Below are positions 1-13,400 of a stretch of DNA of 62,079 nt, in pieces. Both the position numbers and the translations under genes were made by a program. Origin of the DNA: Nemertoderma westbladi. Its lineage: Eukaryota > Animalia > Xenacoelomorpha. Under the pieces are notes generated by a model. It saw nothing but the letters and a program-made list of their open reading frames with translations. It was not told the DNA's origin and searched no databases. The stretch's first letter is position 1, and each line of letters begins with the position of its first letter. The stretch spans positions 1 through 62,079 of the forward strand of contig JAUCBJ010003609.1 in NCBI GenBank assembly GCA_032718475.1, in the 5' to 3' direction.

Positions 1-2
1 TT

Positions 3-3000
3 TGCTTCGTGATTATATGGGGAGGATGGGTCATGATGAATACCCCACTCTTTGCAGAAATTTCCGAAGTCGGTCCTGAACTGCGGTCCCCCGTCCGTGG
101 TAGCTCGAATTGGCACACCCATATATGCGAGCCAAATGCGAAATTTCTTGAGAACTGTGAATGTGTCAACTCCACCGTGTCCACAATCAAACACATCGAT
201 CCACCCTGAATATTTATCGACTATGACGAGAAATGATTTGGCGGCGTAGCTAAACAAATCTGCAGCTATTGCTTCACCTGAGCGGCTGGCTTTGTTATCT
301 GACATTAGGGGTTCTTTGTGGTTACTGTATTTATTCAATTCGCAATCGTTGCAGCTGGCGACCATTGTTGTGACATCGTTTGTAATTCCAGGCCAAAAAA
401 CACATTGCCTAGCTCTCCTGAGTGTCCGATCTCTGCCCTGATGGGCTGCGTGTAATCCGAGTAATATGTCTTTTCTCATGGTTTCTGGTATGACTATACG
501 TTCTTCACCATACATGACAATGCCGTCGAATGCAGAAAGTGCATTACGATAAATCCAATATGGGCGACAATTAATAGAAACGAGGTGTTTATTTTGAGGA
601 AACCCATTTGTTACAATTTTCAATAATTCGCAGTATGTGGCATCACCTGCAGCACTCTTCTTTACCTTTTGCCACGCCATATCGATGGTGTTTATTTTTA
701 TTGAGTTATTGCTGATCTGACTTTTGGTTTCCGCTCTATTGTCAGCAGGGTCGGTAGCTAGTATTGCGTTAATTTTTGCTGACGAGTTGCCGACAACCGT
801 GTTCACCATTTCTTCGATGTCGTCAGTATCCAAGTAGTCATCATCAATAGTTGGGTGTACAACGGGATGTCTGGACAGAACATCTACTACTGTATGCGCT
901 ATCCCCTGCCTCCAGATTGCTCTCGGTCGGAAGTTAGCTAATTTCTCTTTGAGACGAATTATTCTAGGCGTTTTAATTTGGTCTAAAGTTTTACCGTTTA
1001 TAATAGCAACTAATGGTTTATGGTCTACTACTAAGTCGAATGTAGTGCCTTGAAGGAACATTTTACATTTGTGTATTGCCCACACGACACCGAGTAGTTC
1101 CACTTCAGTGGCTGAATATCGGGTTTCTGTTGTAGTTAGTGTCCTTGATCCGCATTGTAAGAGCTTCCACTTGTCGCCCCCCTCTTCTTGCCACAAAGCG
1201 AATCCTAATCCTTTAGTTTGGGCGGCGTCAGTTTCTAAACGCAATGATGCTCCTGGGCGATAATTAGTAAGAACCCTTGGTGATACGAGAATATTAATTA
1301 TAGATTTGAATGCGTTTTTTTGATCTGCTTCCCACACAAATGGTGTTTTAGTAGATGTCAATGCTGTTAGTGGCTGTGCTAATTCGGCTAATTCAGTGGT
1401 AAATGAAGCAAACTGCTGTATTAGACCGCAGAATGACCTTACATCTGTTGATGACTTTGGTTCTGGGAATCTGCGGAGCGCATATGTAAGTGATGGGTTT
1501 ACTGTGTACCCGTCTCCATTGATTAGGAAACCACACCATTCGACCTGTGGTTCTCCGTATACAAATTTCCGTTTGTTAAGGGTAATTCCTGTTTCCTTAA
1601 GGCGTTTCAATATAGAACGGACGTGTTGTTCATGATCTGATTCATTTGAGTCATATATGATAATATCTTCCACAACCTTTTTAATGTTATCCATACCATC
1701 TAAGGCATCATCACCTCTAGAATCATGTTCGTCCCCTGCGCTTGATAGGCCCATTGGGTTCCGTAGATATTGGTATCTTCCCCATGGGGTGAGGAAGGTT
1801 GTTAAGGCGCTGGCTTCTTTCGTTAGGGCAACTTGCCAATACCCGTGGCGGGAGTCCATTGTTGTAAAAATTTTCATCCCACCAGGTATCTTGGCTACCT
1901 CTTCGCTCGGAGTTCTGGTTGGGTGTACTGGGCGTTTTACATATCTATTTAGAGCAGTTAGGTCGACTGTTATTCGGGGCTCAGTGGAATTCTTTTTTGC
2001 CACCACAACCATTGGATGTATCCAGTCAGTAGTTTCAGTTATGGGTACTTTTCTAACTATACCATCCAGCTCCATCTTTTCTAGTTTATTCTTTACCTGC
2101 TTTTCCCAATGTATGGGGATACTATATGGCTTGAACTTTTTAGTTGGGATTGCGCCCTCCTCTAGCTTGATGTCCATGGGTGGTCCTACCATTGGTCGTA
2201 GTGGGCCTTCATCTGCGAATACTTCTGGGAATTCGTTAATAAGTCTCTCCTTAGAACAATTTGGTTTGTCCTTACATAGTTGCTTGGCGTGTTTATCTTT
2301 TTCATTCTCGATACAAGTTAATGGTTTGGGTGGTTGTCTTTGTAATGACAACGCCGATATCGCTTCCTTGCAACGTCCATCGCATCTATTATGTGGCCAA
2401 TATTTTGGGATGAGGCCAAGTTCTTCGCAACCTTCAGCGCTTAACAATGGGTAATTAGTAGATTCTAAGACGTGGACAGTTGTGTTGTATTCCTTATTAT
2501 TCAGTTTAAGTATGAGCTGCACTTTTCCATGTGACTCAAGCTGTTTGCTGTCGGGCCCAAGAAGGATGTCGTCGTCGGGTGTCATCTGTATGCCACCAAC
2601 GGCTTCATTACCACCTAAGTCGGCTAAATCTTGCAAACTAATAGCGTTTCGCTTAGCTCCAGTATCAGCTAACCAGTGCAAGAAGCCATGACGGCTTTTA
2701 TTATTTATATTGCTGGTTTCAAGTTTTATCAGCCGTGAGTCACCATTGTGCACAGAAGATATGGATGAAGTTGTCTTTACATAAATGCTATTAAATTGAT
2801 TGCTGCTTTGAGCGGACCTCCTTTTAGAGTGGCACATCTTAGACAGATGACCTTTGATACCACAATTAAAACATACGATATGTTTAGCTGCGCATTTGTC
2901 TATATCGTGAATGCGACCGCATCTTCCACAGGTGCTGGTGTATTTGCCGTCAACAACATCGCTCCTCCTGTATTGCTGATGTGTCTGTGCTCTTATAAGA

Positions 3001-3089
3001 TGATTTCCCGAGAGCGCATATTTCAATATTGTGGTCAGATCCAAGTGCAAGCATTGTTGAAGTTTTTGGCTTTTCCAATTCGTTGTCAA
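3..3089 (-). CDS. pol: Gag C-terminus/Pol polyprotein (zinc knuckle, aspartic protease, RT, RNase H, integrase), open to window edge
   Basis: Stop-free minus frame from 3089 to the edge, missed by the ORF track because it has no stop. Motifs: CFNCGIKGHLSKMC, WLADTGA, WIHPMVVVAKK, RITVDLTALN, MDSRHGYWQV, NPMGLSSAGD, KVVEDIIIY, ETDAAQTKGLG, VDHKPL, HAAHQG..CNDC, ADLFSY, TTDGGPQF, SSPYNHEA. Confidence 0.93.
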   Translation of the reverse strand, partial: MTTNWKSQKLQQCLHLDLTTILKYALSGNHLIRAQTHQQYRRSDVVDGKYTSTCGRCGRIHDIDKCAAKHIVCFNCGIKGHLSKMCHSKRRSAQSSNQFNSIYVKTTSSISSVHNGDSRLIKLETSNINNKSRHGFLHWLADTGAKRNAISLQDLADLGGNEAVGGIQMTPDDDILLGPDSKQLESHGKVQLILKLNNKEYNTTVHVLESTNYPLLSAEGCEELGLIPKYWPHNRCDGRCKEAISALSLQRQPPKPLTCIENEKDKHAKQLCKDKPNCSKERLINEFPEVFADEGPLRPMVGPPMDIKLEEGAIPTKKFKPYSIPIHWEKQVKNKLEKMELDGIVRKVPITETTDWIHPMVVVAKKNSTEPRITVDLTALNRYVKRPVHPTRTPSEEVAKIPGGMKIFTTMDSRHGYWQVALTKEASALTTFLTPWGRYQYLRNPMGLSSAGDEHDSRGDDALDGMDNIKKVVEDIIIYDSNESDHEQHVRSILKRLKETGITLNKRKFVYGEPQVEWCGFLINGDGYTVNPSLTYALRRFPEPKSSTDVRSFCGLIQQFASFTTELAELAQPLTALTSTKTPFVWEADQKNAFKSIINILVSPRVLTNYRPGASLRLETDAAQTKGLGFALWQEEGGDKWKLLQCGSRTLTTTETRYSATEVELLGVVWAIHKCKMFLQGTTFDLVVDHKPLVAIINGKTLDQIKTPRIIRLKEKLANFRPRAIWRQGIAHTVVDVLSRHPVVHPTIDDDYLDTDDIEEMVNTVVGNSSAKINAILATDPADNRAETKSQISNNSIKINTIDMAWQKVKKSAAGDATYCELLKIVTNGFPQNKHLVSINCRPYWIYRNALSAFDGIVMYGEERIVIPETMRKDILLGLHAAHQGRDRTLRRARQCVFWPGITNDVTTMVASCNDCELNKYSNHKEPLMSDNKASRSGEAIAADLFSYAAKSFLVIVDKYSGWIDVFDCGHGGVDTFTVLKKFRIWLAYMGVPIRATTDGGPQFRTDFGNFCKEWGIHHDPSSPYNHEA

Positions 3090-4029
3090 CTATCTGGCTT
3101 GACTCTAGGGCTTTAGTTAATGTAAGCACATCTGGCATCGTTAACTTTTTCATGGGTGTTTTAAGCACTTCCTGACGGGACTTTGAGTCTCGTAACCCAG
3201 CTACGAATTGTGTCAATAATCGATCATGCCTATGTATGTCGGCATTGTCGCATACTTCTTCAAAATCGCAAGCACGGTCTAGCATTTGAAGTGTCATATA
3301 GTATTGTGTAACATTTTCTCCTGGCTGTTGTTTCCGTTGTACAAAGGCAACACGGTCTAACAGTTCATGGCGTTCACCTCGTAAATATACCCTGAGTAAT
3401 TTGACGATCGTATTTACGTCATCATCTGGTTTTATGTCTATGATGCCCTCGGTCCATAGCTTGGTCCATTCGGGATCTAGCGCAGATCGCAGTGTTCCCC
3501 TTCGTGCATCAAGATCTGAATCATTTAGCCTTGTAGCTGCTGCGAAATCCTTCCAACGTTGGTGCCAATCATCAAAATCAGCTAGCTTGAGGTCTATAGG
3601 TGATCTTAATGATGGTGTCTCCATGCGACGTGGCTTTGCCTTATCGTGTGTTGCTGAAGAGATGTTGGATGTCTCTATGCACATTCTATGTCCCTGTATT
3701 GCTTCCCGCTTTTTTGCAATATTTTTGGCGTAATAGATGGCTGATCTCTGAGCATTAGTAACTGCCTGCTCGGTGGCTACATCTTCGGACTCCTCGAGCT
3801 CCGATATTTCATTGTGACACGATACATATTTCTCGTTAGCGCTCAGAAACATATTTAGTGCACTCTCCAGTGCTTCTAGCTCAACATAGCCGCGGTTATC
3901 TGAGTCAAGAATCTCGAATTCATTGATTTCTGATTTGAGCACGTTTTCCGAACGTGTGCAATTGGCTTTAAAACCTCTTCTACTGGCCTTCAATCTTTTG
4001 ATTGTGGCGTCAACGTCGTACGTGGCCAT
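2950..4029 (-). CDS. gag: Gag (capsid-like) ORF, terminates before the zinc knuckle because of a frameshift
   Basis: 359-aa ORF with retrotransposon gag hallmarks (FDDWHQRWKDF, FVQRKQQPGENVTQY, QFVAGLRD), directly upstream of pol. Confidence 0.9.
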   Translation of the reverse strand: MATYDVDATIKRLKASRRGFKANCTRSENVLKSEINEFEILDSDNRGYVELEALESALNMFLSANEKYVSCHNEISELEESEDVATEQAVTNAQRSAIYYAKNIAKKREAIQGHRMCIETSNISSATHDKAKPRRMETPSLRSPIDLKLADFDDWHQRWKDFAAATRLNDSDLDARRGTLRSALDPEWTKLWTEGIIDIKPDDDVNTIVKLLRVYLRGERHELLDRVAFVQRKQQPGENVTQYYMTLQMLDRACDFEEVCDNADIHRHDRLLTQFVAGLRDSKSRQEVLKTPMKKLTMPDVLTLTKALESSQIVDNELEKPKTSTMLALGSDHNIEICALGKSSYKSTDTSAIQEERCC

Positions 4030-4115
4030 ATTTAATATTTTTAATATTAATATAATTTAAAACACTGAATAATCTAATAGCAATAGTTTCTAAATTCTAA
4101 ATTTAGTTACTACAC

Positions 4116-4124
4116 ACTGCGCCA
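4116..4124 (-). promoter_or_regulatory. Primer binding site (TGGCGCAGT, tRNA-Ser-like)
   Basis: TGG-initiated motif immediately inside the candidate LTR end and ~90 bp upstream of the gag ATG. The tRNA assignment is from recall. Confidence 0.7.
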
Positions 4125-4421
4125 TAGTATAGTTTGGTTATAATACGTAGTTTATTGTTTTAATCTTAAACATTATTTTTATCTCAACAAAATGACAAAT
4201 ATATTATACGATGTTAAACGTGACACCACCACCAGATAACTCATAATATAATAATTACTGTTTGACCTGATGGTCCATATGAAACGAATCATTAGGAAGA
4301 GTTGGCAATATCCCAGTGATAGTGGGACTAATGAGGAGTGGGGATTATTGCGGTTATTATGTAATTAATAGGGCCTACATTGTACAAGTACATTATATGT
4401 TATATGAGTTAGTTGATACTA
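4125..4421 (-). repeat. Candidate 5' LTR (~297 bp) with TAGTAT...ATACTA inverted termini
   Basis: Abuts the PBS, has 6-bp terminal inverted repeats at 4125-4130 and 4416-4421, and contains AATAAA (minus strand, ~4151). The second LTR is not in the window. Confidence 0.55.
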
Positions 4422-7400
4422 TACCAGTACACTACCTTGCTACACAACACGTATACCTTGGTACACTACCTTGCTACACAACACGTATACCTTGGTACAC
4501 TACCTTGCTACACAACACGTATACCTTGGAACACTACCTTGCTACACAACACGTATACCTTGGTACACTACCTTGCTACACAAAACGTATACCTTGGTAC
4601 TCTACCTTGCTACACAACACGTATACCTTGGTACACTACCTTGCTACACAACACGTATACCTTGGTACACTACCTTGCTACACAACACGTATACCTTGGT
4701 ACACTACCTTGCTACACAACACGTATACCTTGGTACACTACCTTGCTACACAACACGTATACCTTGGTACACTACCTTGCTACACAAAACGTATACCTTG
4801 GTACACTACCTTGCTACACAACACGTATACCTTGGTACACTACCTTGCTACACAAAACGTATACCTTGGTACACTACCTTGCTACACAACACGTATACCT
4901 TGGTACACTACCTTGCTACACAACACGTATACCTTGGTACACTACCTTGCTACACAACCCGTATACCTGGTTGGTACACTACCTTGCTACACAACACGTA
5001 TACCTTGGTACACTACCTTGCTACACAACACGTATACCTTGGTACACTACCTTGCTAAACAAAACGTATACCTTGGTACACTACCTTGCTACACAACACG
5101 TATACCTTGGTACACTACCTTGCTACACAACACGTATACCTTGGTACACTACCTTGCTACACAACACGTATACCTTGGTACACTACCTTGCTACACAACA
5201 CGTATACCTTGGTACACTACCTTGCTACACAACACCTATACCTTGGTACACTACCTTGCTACACAACACCTATACCTTGGTACACTACCTTGCTACACAA
5301 AACGTATACCTTGGTACACTACCTTGCTACACAACACGTATACCTTGGTACACTACCTTGCTACACAACACCTATACCTTGGTACACTACCTTGCTACAC
5401 AAAATGTATACCTTGGTACACTACCTTGCTACACAACACGTATACCTTGGTACACTACCTTGCTACACAAAACGTATACCTTGGTACACTACCTTGCTAC
5501 ACAACACCTATACCTTGGTACACTACCTCGGTACACTACCTTGCTACACAACACGTATACCTTGGTACACTACCTTGCTACACAACACGTATACCTTGGA
5601 ACACTACCTTGCTACACAACACGTATACCTTGGTACACTACCTTGCTACACAACACCTATACCTTGGTACACTACCTCGGTACACTACCTTGCTACACAA
5701 CACGTATACCTTGGTACACTACCTTGCTACACAACACGTATACCTTGGTACACTACCTTGCTACACAAAACGTATACCTTGGTACACTACCTTGCTACAC
5801 AACACGTATACCTTGGTACACTACCTTGCTACACAACACGTATACCTTGGTACACTACCTTGCTACACAAAACGTATACCTTGGTACACTACCTTGCTAC
5901 ACAAAACGTATACCTTGGTACACTACCTTGCTACACAACACGTATACCTTGGTACACTACCTTGCTACACAACACGTATACCTTGGTACACTACCTTGCT
6001 ACACAACACGTATACCTTGGTACACTACCTTGCTACACAACACGTATACCTTGGTACACTACCTTGCTACACAACACGTATACCTTGGTACACTACCTTG
6101 CTACACAACACGTATACCTTGGTACACAACACGTATACCTTGGTACACTACCTTGCTACACAACACGTATACCTTGGTACACTACCTTGCTACACAACAC
6201 GTATACCTTGGTACACTACCTTGCTACACAACACGTATACCTTGGTACACTACCTTGCTACACAACACGTATACCTTGGTACACTACCTTGCTACACAAC
6301 ACGTATACCTTGGTACACTACCTTGCTACACAACACGTATACCTTGGTACACTACCTTGCTACACAACACGTATACCTTGGTACACTACCTTGCTACACA
6401 ACACGTATACCTTGGTACACTACCTTGCTACACAACACGTATACCTTGGTACACTACCTTGCTACACAACACGTATACCTTGCTACACAACACGTATACC
6501 TTGGTACACTACCTTGCTACACAACACGTATACCTTGGTACACTACCTTGCTACACAACACGTATACCTTGGTACACTACCTTGCTACACAACACGTATA
6601 CCTTGGTACACTACCTTGCTACACAACACGTATACCTTGGTACACTACCTTGCTACACAACACGTATACCTTGGTACACTACCTTGCTACACAACACGTA
6701 TACCTTGGTACACTACCTTGCTACACAACACGTATACCTTGGTACACTACCTTGCTACACAACACGTATACCTTGGTACACTACCTTGCTACACAACACG
6801 TATACCTTGGTACACTACCTTGCTACACAACACGTATACCTTGGTACACTACCTTGCTACACAACACGTATACCTTGGTACACTACCTTGCTACACAACA
6901 CGTATACCTTGGTACACTACCTTGCTACACAACACGTATACCTTGGTACACTACCTTGCTACACAACACGTATACCTTGGTACACTACCTTGCTACACAA
7001 CACGTATACCTTGGTACACTACCTTGCTACACAACACGTATACCTTGGTACACTACCTTGCTACACAACACGTATACCTTGGTACACTACCTTGCTACAC
7101 AAAACGTATACCTTGGTACACTACCTTGCTACACAACACGTATACCTTGGTACACTACCTTGCTACACAACACGTATACCTTGGTACACTACCTTGCTAC
7201 ACAACACGTATACCTTGGTACACTACCTTGCTACACAACACGTATACCTTGGTACACTACCTTGCTACACAACACGTATACCTTGGTACACTACCTTGCT
7301 ACACAACACGTATACCTTGGTACACTACCTTGCTACACAACACGTATACCTTGGTACACTACCTTGCTACACAAAACGTATACCTTGGTACACTACCTTG

Positions 7401-10400
7401 CTACACAACACGTATACCTTGGTACACTACCTTGCTACACAACACCGTATACCTTGGTACACTACCTTGCTACACAACACGTATACCTTGGTACACTACC
7501 TTGCTACACAACACGTATACCTTGGTACACTACCTTGCTACACAACACGTATACCTTGGTACACTACCTTGCTACACAACACGTATACCTTGGTACACTA
7601 CCTTGCTACACAACACGTATACCTTGGTACACTACCTTGCTACACAACACGTATACCTTGGTACACTACCTTGCTACACAACACCTATACCTTGGTACAC
7701 TACCTTGCTACACAAAACGTATACCTTGGTACACTACCTTGCTACACAACACGTATACCTTGGTACACTACCTTGCTACACAACACGTATACCTTGGTAC
7801 ACTACCTTGCTACACAACACGTATACCTTGGTACACTACCTTGCTACACAACACGTATACCTTGGTACACTACCTTGCTACACAAAACGTATACCTTGGT
7901 ACACTACCTTGCTACACAACACCTATACCTTGGTACACTACCTCGGTACACTACCTTGCTACACAACACGTATACCTTGGTACACTACCTTGCTACACAA
8001 CACGTATACCTTGGTACACTACCTTGCTACACAACACGTATACCTTGGTACACTACCTTGCTACACAACACCTATACCTTGGTACACTACCTTGCTACAC
8101 AACACGTATACCTTGGTACACTACCTTGCTACACAACACGTATACCTTGGTACACTACCTTGCTACACAACACGTATACCTTGGTACACTACCTTGCTAC
8201 ACAAAACGTATACCTTGGTACACTACCTTGCTACACAACACGTATACCTTGGAACACTACCTTGCTACACAACACGTATACCTTGGTACACTACCTTGCT
8301 ACACAAAACGTATACCTTGGTACACTACCTTGCTACACAACACGTATACCTTGGTACACTACCTTGCTACACAACACGTATACCTTGGTACACTACCTTG
8401 CTACACAACACGTATACCTTGGTACACTACCTTGCTACACAACACGTATACCTTGCTACACAACACGTATACGTTGGTACACTACCTTGCTACACAACAC
8501 CTATACCTTGGTACACTACCTTGCTACACAACACGTATACCTTGGTACACTACCTTGCTACACAACACGTATACCTTGGTACACTACCTTGCTACACAAC
8601 CCGTATACCTTGGTACACTACCTTGCTACACAACACGTATACCTTGGTACACTACCTTGCTACACAACACGTATACCTTGGTACTCTACCTTGCTACACA
8701 ACACGTATACCTTGGTACACTACCTTGCTACACAACACGTATACCTTGGTACACTCACTACCTTGCTACACAACACGTATACCTTGGTACACTACCTTGC
8801 TACACAACACGTATACCTTGGTACACTACCTTGCTACACAACACGTATACCTTGGTACACTACCTTGCTACACAAAACGTATACCTTGGTACTCTACCTT
8901 GCTACACAACACGTATACCTTGGTACACTACCTTGCTACACAACACGTATACCTTGGTACACTACCTTGCTACACAACACGTATACCTTGGTACACTACC
9001 TTGCTACACAACACGTATACCTTGGTACACTACCTTGCTACACAACACGTATACCTTGGTACACTACCTTGCTACACAAAACGTATACCTTGGTACACTA
9101 CCTTGCTACACAACACGTATACCTTGGTACACTACCTTGCTACACAAAACGTATACCTTGGTACACTACCTTGCTACACAACACGTATACCTTGGTACAC
9201 TACCTTGCTACACAACACGTATACCTTGGTACACTACCTTGCTACACAACCCGTATACCTTGGGACACTACCTTGCTACACAACACGTATACCTTGGTAC
9301 ACTACCTTGCTACACAACACGTATACCTTGGTACACTACCTTGCTAAACAAAACGTATACCTTGGTACACTACCTTGCTACACAACACGTATACCTTGGT
9401 ACACTACCTTGCTACACAACACGTATACGTATACCTTGGTACACTACCTTGCTACACAACACGTATACCTTGGTACACTACCTTGCTACACAACACGTAT
9501 ACCTTGGTACACTACCTTGCTACACAACACCTATACCTTGGTACACTACCTTGCTACACAACACCTATACCTTGGTACACTACCTTGCTACACAAAACGT
9601 ATACCTTGGTACACTACCTTGCTACACAACACGTATACCTTGGTACACTACCTTGCTACACAACACCTATACCTTGGTACACTACCTTGCTACACAAAAT
9701 GTATACCTTGGTACACTACCTTGCTACACAACACGTATACCTTGGTACACTACCTTGCTACACAAAACGTATACCTTGGTACACTACCTTGCTACACAAC
9801 ACCTATACCTTGGTACACTACCTCGGTACACTACCTTGCTACACAACACGTATACTTTGGTACACTACCTTGCTACACAACACGTATACCTTGGAACACT
9901 ACCTTGCTACACAACACGTATACCTTGGTACACTACCTTGCTACACAACACCTATACCTTGGTACACTACCTTGCTACACAACACGTATACCTTGGTACA
10001 CTACCTTGCTACACAACACGTATACCTTGGAACACTACCTTGATACACAACACGTATACCTTGGTACACTACCTTGCTACACAAAACGTATACCTTGGTA
10101 CACTACCTTGCTACACAACACGTATACCTTGGAACACTACCTTGCTACACAACACGTATACCTTGGTACACTACCTTGCTACACAAAACGTATACCTTGG
10201 TACACTACCTTGCTACACAAAACGTATACCTTGGTACACTACCTTGCTACACAACACGTATACCTTGGTACACTACCTTGCTACACAACACGTATACCTT
10301 GGTACACTACCTTGCTACACAACACGTATACCTTGCTACACAACACGTATACGTTGGTACACTACCTTGCTACACAACACCTATACCTTGGTACACTACC

Positions 10401-13400
10401 TTGCTACACAACACGTATACCTTGGTACACTACCTTGCTACACAACACGTATACCTTGGTACACTACCTTGCTACACAACCCGTATACCTTGGTACACTA
10501 CCTTGCTACACAACACGTATACCTTGGTACACTACCTTGCTACACAACACGTATACCTTGGTACTCTACCTTGCTACACAACACGTATACCTTGGTACAC
10601 TACCTTGCTACACAACACGTATACCTTGGTACACTACACTACCTTGCTACACAACACGTATACCTTGGTACACTACCTTGCTACACAACCCGTATACCTT
10701 GGTACACTACCTTGCTACACAACACGTATACCTTGGTACACTACCTTGCTACACAAAACGTATACCTTGGTACTCTACCTTGCTACACAACACGTATACC
10801 TTGGTACACTACCTTGCTACACAACACGTATACCTTGGTACACTACCTTGCTACACAACACGTATACCTTGGTACACTACCTTGCTACACAACACGTATA
10901 CCTTGGTACACTACCTTGCTACACAACACGTATACCTTGGTACACTACCTTGCTACACAAAACGTATACCTTGGTACACTACCTTGCTACACAACACGTA
11001 TACCTTGGTACACTACCTTGCTACACAAAACTTATACCTTGGTACACTACCTTGCTACACAACACGTATACCTTGGTACACTACCTTGCTACACAACACG
11101 TATACCTTGGTACACTACCTTGCTACACAACCCGTATACCTTGGGACACTACCTTGCTACACAACACGTATACCTTGGTACACTACCTTGCTACACAACA
11201 CGTATACCTTGGTACACTACCTTGCTAAACAAAACGTATACCTTGGTACACTACCTTGCTACACAACACGTATACCTTGGTACACTACCTTGCTACACAA
11301 CACGTATACGTATACCTTGGTACACTACCTTGCTACACAACACGTATACCTTGGTACACTACCTTGCTACACAACACGTATACCTTGGTACACTACCTTG
11401 CTACACAACACCTATACCTTGGTACACTACCTTGCTACACAACACCTATACCTTGGTACACTACCTTGCTACACAAAACGTATACCTTGGTACACTACCT
11501 TGCTACACAACACGTATACCTTGGTACACTACCTTGCTACACAACACCTATACCTTGGTACACTACCTTGCTACACAAAATGTATACCTTGGTACACTAC
11601 CTTGCTACACAACACGTATACCTTGGTACACTACCTTGCTACACAAAACGTATACCTTGGTACACTACCTTGCTACACAACACCTATACCTTGGTACACT
11701 ACCTCGGTACACTACCTTGCTACACAACACGTATACTTTGGTACACTACCTTGCTACACAACACGTATACCTTGGAACACTACCTTGCTACACAACACGT
11801 ATACCTTGGTACATTACCTTGCTACACAACACCTATACCTTGGTACACTACCTCGGTACACTACCTTGCTACACAACACGTATACCTTGGTACACTACCT
11901 TGCTACACAACACGTATACCTTGGAACACTACCTTGATACACAACACGTATACCTTGGTACACTACCTTGCTACACAAAACGTATACCTTGGTACACTAC
12001 CTTGCTACACAACACGTATACCTTGGAACACTACCTTGCTACACAACACGTATACCTTGGTACACTACCTTGCTACACAAAACGTATACCTTGGTACACT
12101 ACCTTGCTACACAAAACGTATACCTTGGTACACTACCTTGCTACACAACACGTATACCTTGGTACACTACCTTGCTACACAACACGTATACCTTGGTACA
12201 CTACCTTGCTACACAACACGTATACCTTGCTACACAACACGTATACGTTGGTACACTACCTTGCTACACAACACCTATACCTTGGTACACTACCTTGCTA
12301 CACAACACGTATACCTTGGTACACTACCTTGCTACACAACACGTATACCTTGGTACACTACCTTGCTACACAACCCGTATACCTTGGTACACTACCTTGC
12401 TACACAACACGTATACCTTGGTACACTACCTTGCTACACAACACGTATACCTTGGTACTCTACCTTGCTACACAACACGTATACCTTGGTACACTACCTT
12501 GCTACACAACACGTATACCTTGGTACACTACACTACCTTGCTACACAACACGTATACCTTGGTACACTACCTTGCTACACAACCCGTATACCTTGGTACA
12601 CTACCTTGCTACACAACACGTATACCTTGGTACACTACCTTGCTACACAAAACGTATACCTTGGTACTCTACCTTGCTACACAACACGTATACCTTGGTA
12701 CACTACCTTGCTACACAACACGTATACCTTGGTACACTACCTTGCTACACAACACGTATACCTTGGTACACTACCTTGCTACACAACACGTATACCTTGG
12801 TACACTACCTTGCTACACAACACGTATACCTTGGTACACTACCTTGCTACACAAAACGTATACCTTGGTACACTACCTTGCTACACAACACGTATACCTT
12901 GGTACACTACCTTGCTACACAAAACTTATACCTTGGTACACTACCTTGCTACACAACACGTATACCTTGGTACACTACCTTGCTACACAACACGTATACC
13001 TTGGTACACTACCTTGCTACACAACCCGTATACCTTGGGACACTACCTTGCTACACAACACGTATACCTTGGTACACTACCTTGCTACACAACACGTATA
13101 CCTTGGTACACTACCTTGCTAAACAAAACGTATACCTTGGTACACTACCTTGCTACACAACACGTATACCTTGGTACACTACCTTGCTACACAACACGTA
13201 TACGTATACCTTGGTACACTACCTTGCTACACAACACGTATACCTTGGTACACTACCTTGCTACACAACACGTATACCTTGGTACACTACCTTGCTACAC
13301 AACACCTATACCTTGGTACACTACCTTGCTACACAACACCTATACCTTGGTACACTACCTTGCTACACAAAACGTATACCTTGGTACACTACCTTGCTAC

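Larger units (their letters stand above)
1..4421 (-). mobile_element. Ty3/Gypsy LTR retrotransposon (3' part outside window)
   Basis: Manual translation of the minus strand gives gag, CCHC knuckle, protease, RT, RNase H, integrase in Gypsy order, preceded by a PBS-like TGGCGCAG and a candidate LTR. Confidence 0.95.

Noticed and set aside
9-3733. Plus-strand ORFs over the retrotransposon (e.g. 1657-2454)
   Set aside because: They are antisense shadows of the gag/pol frame.
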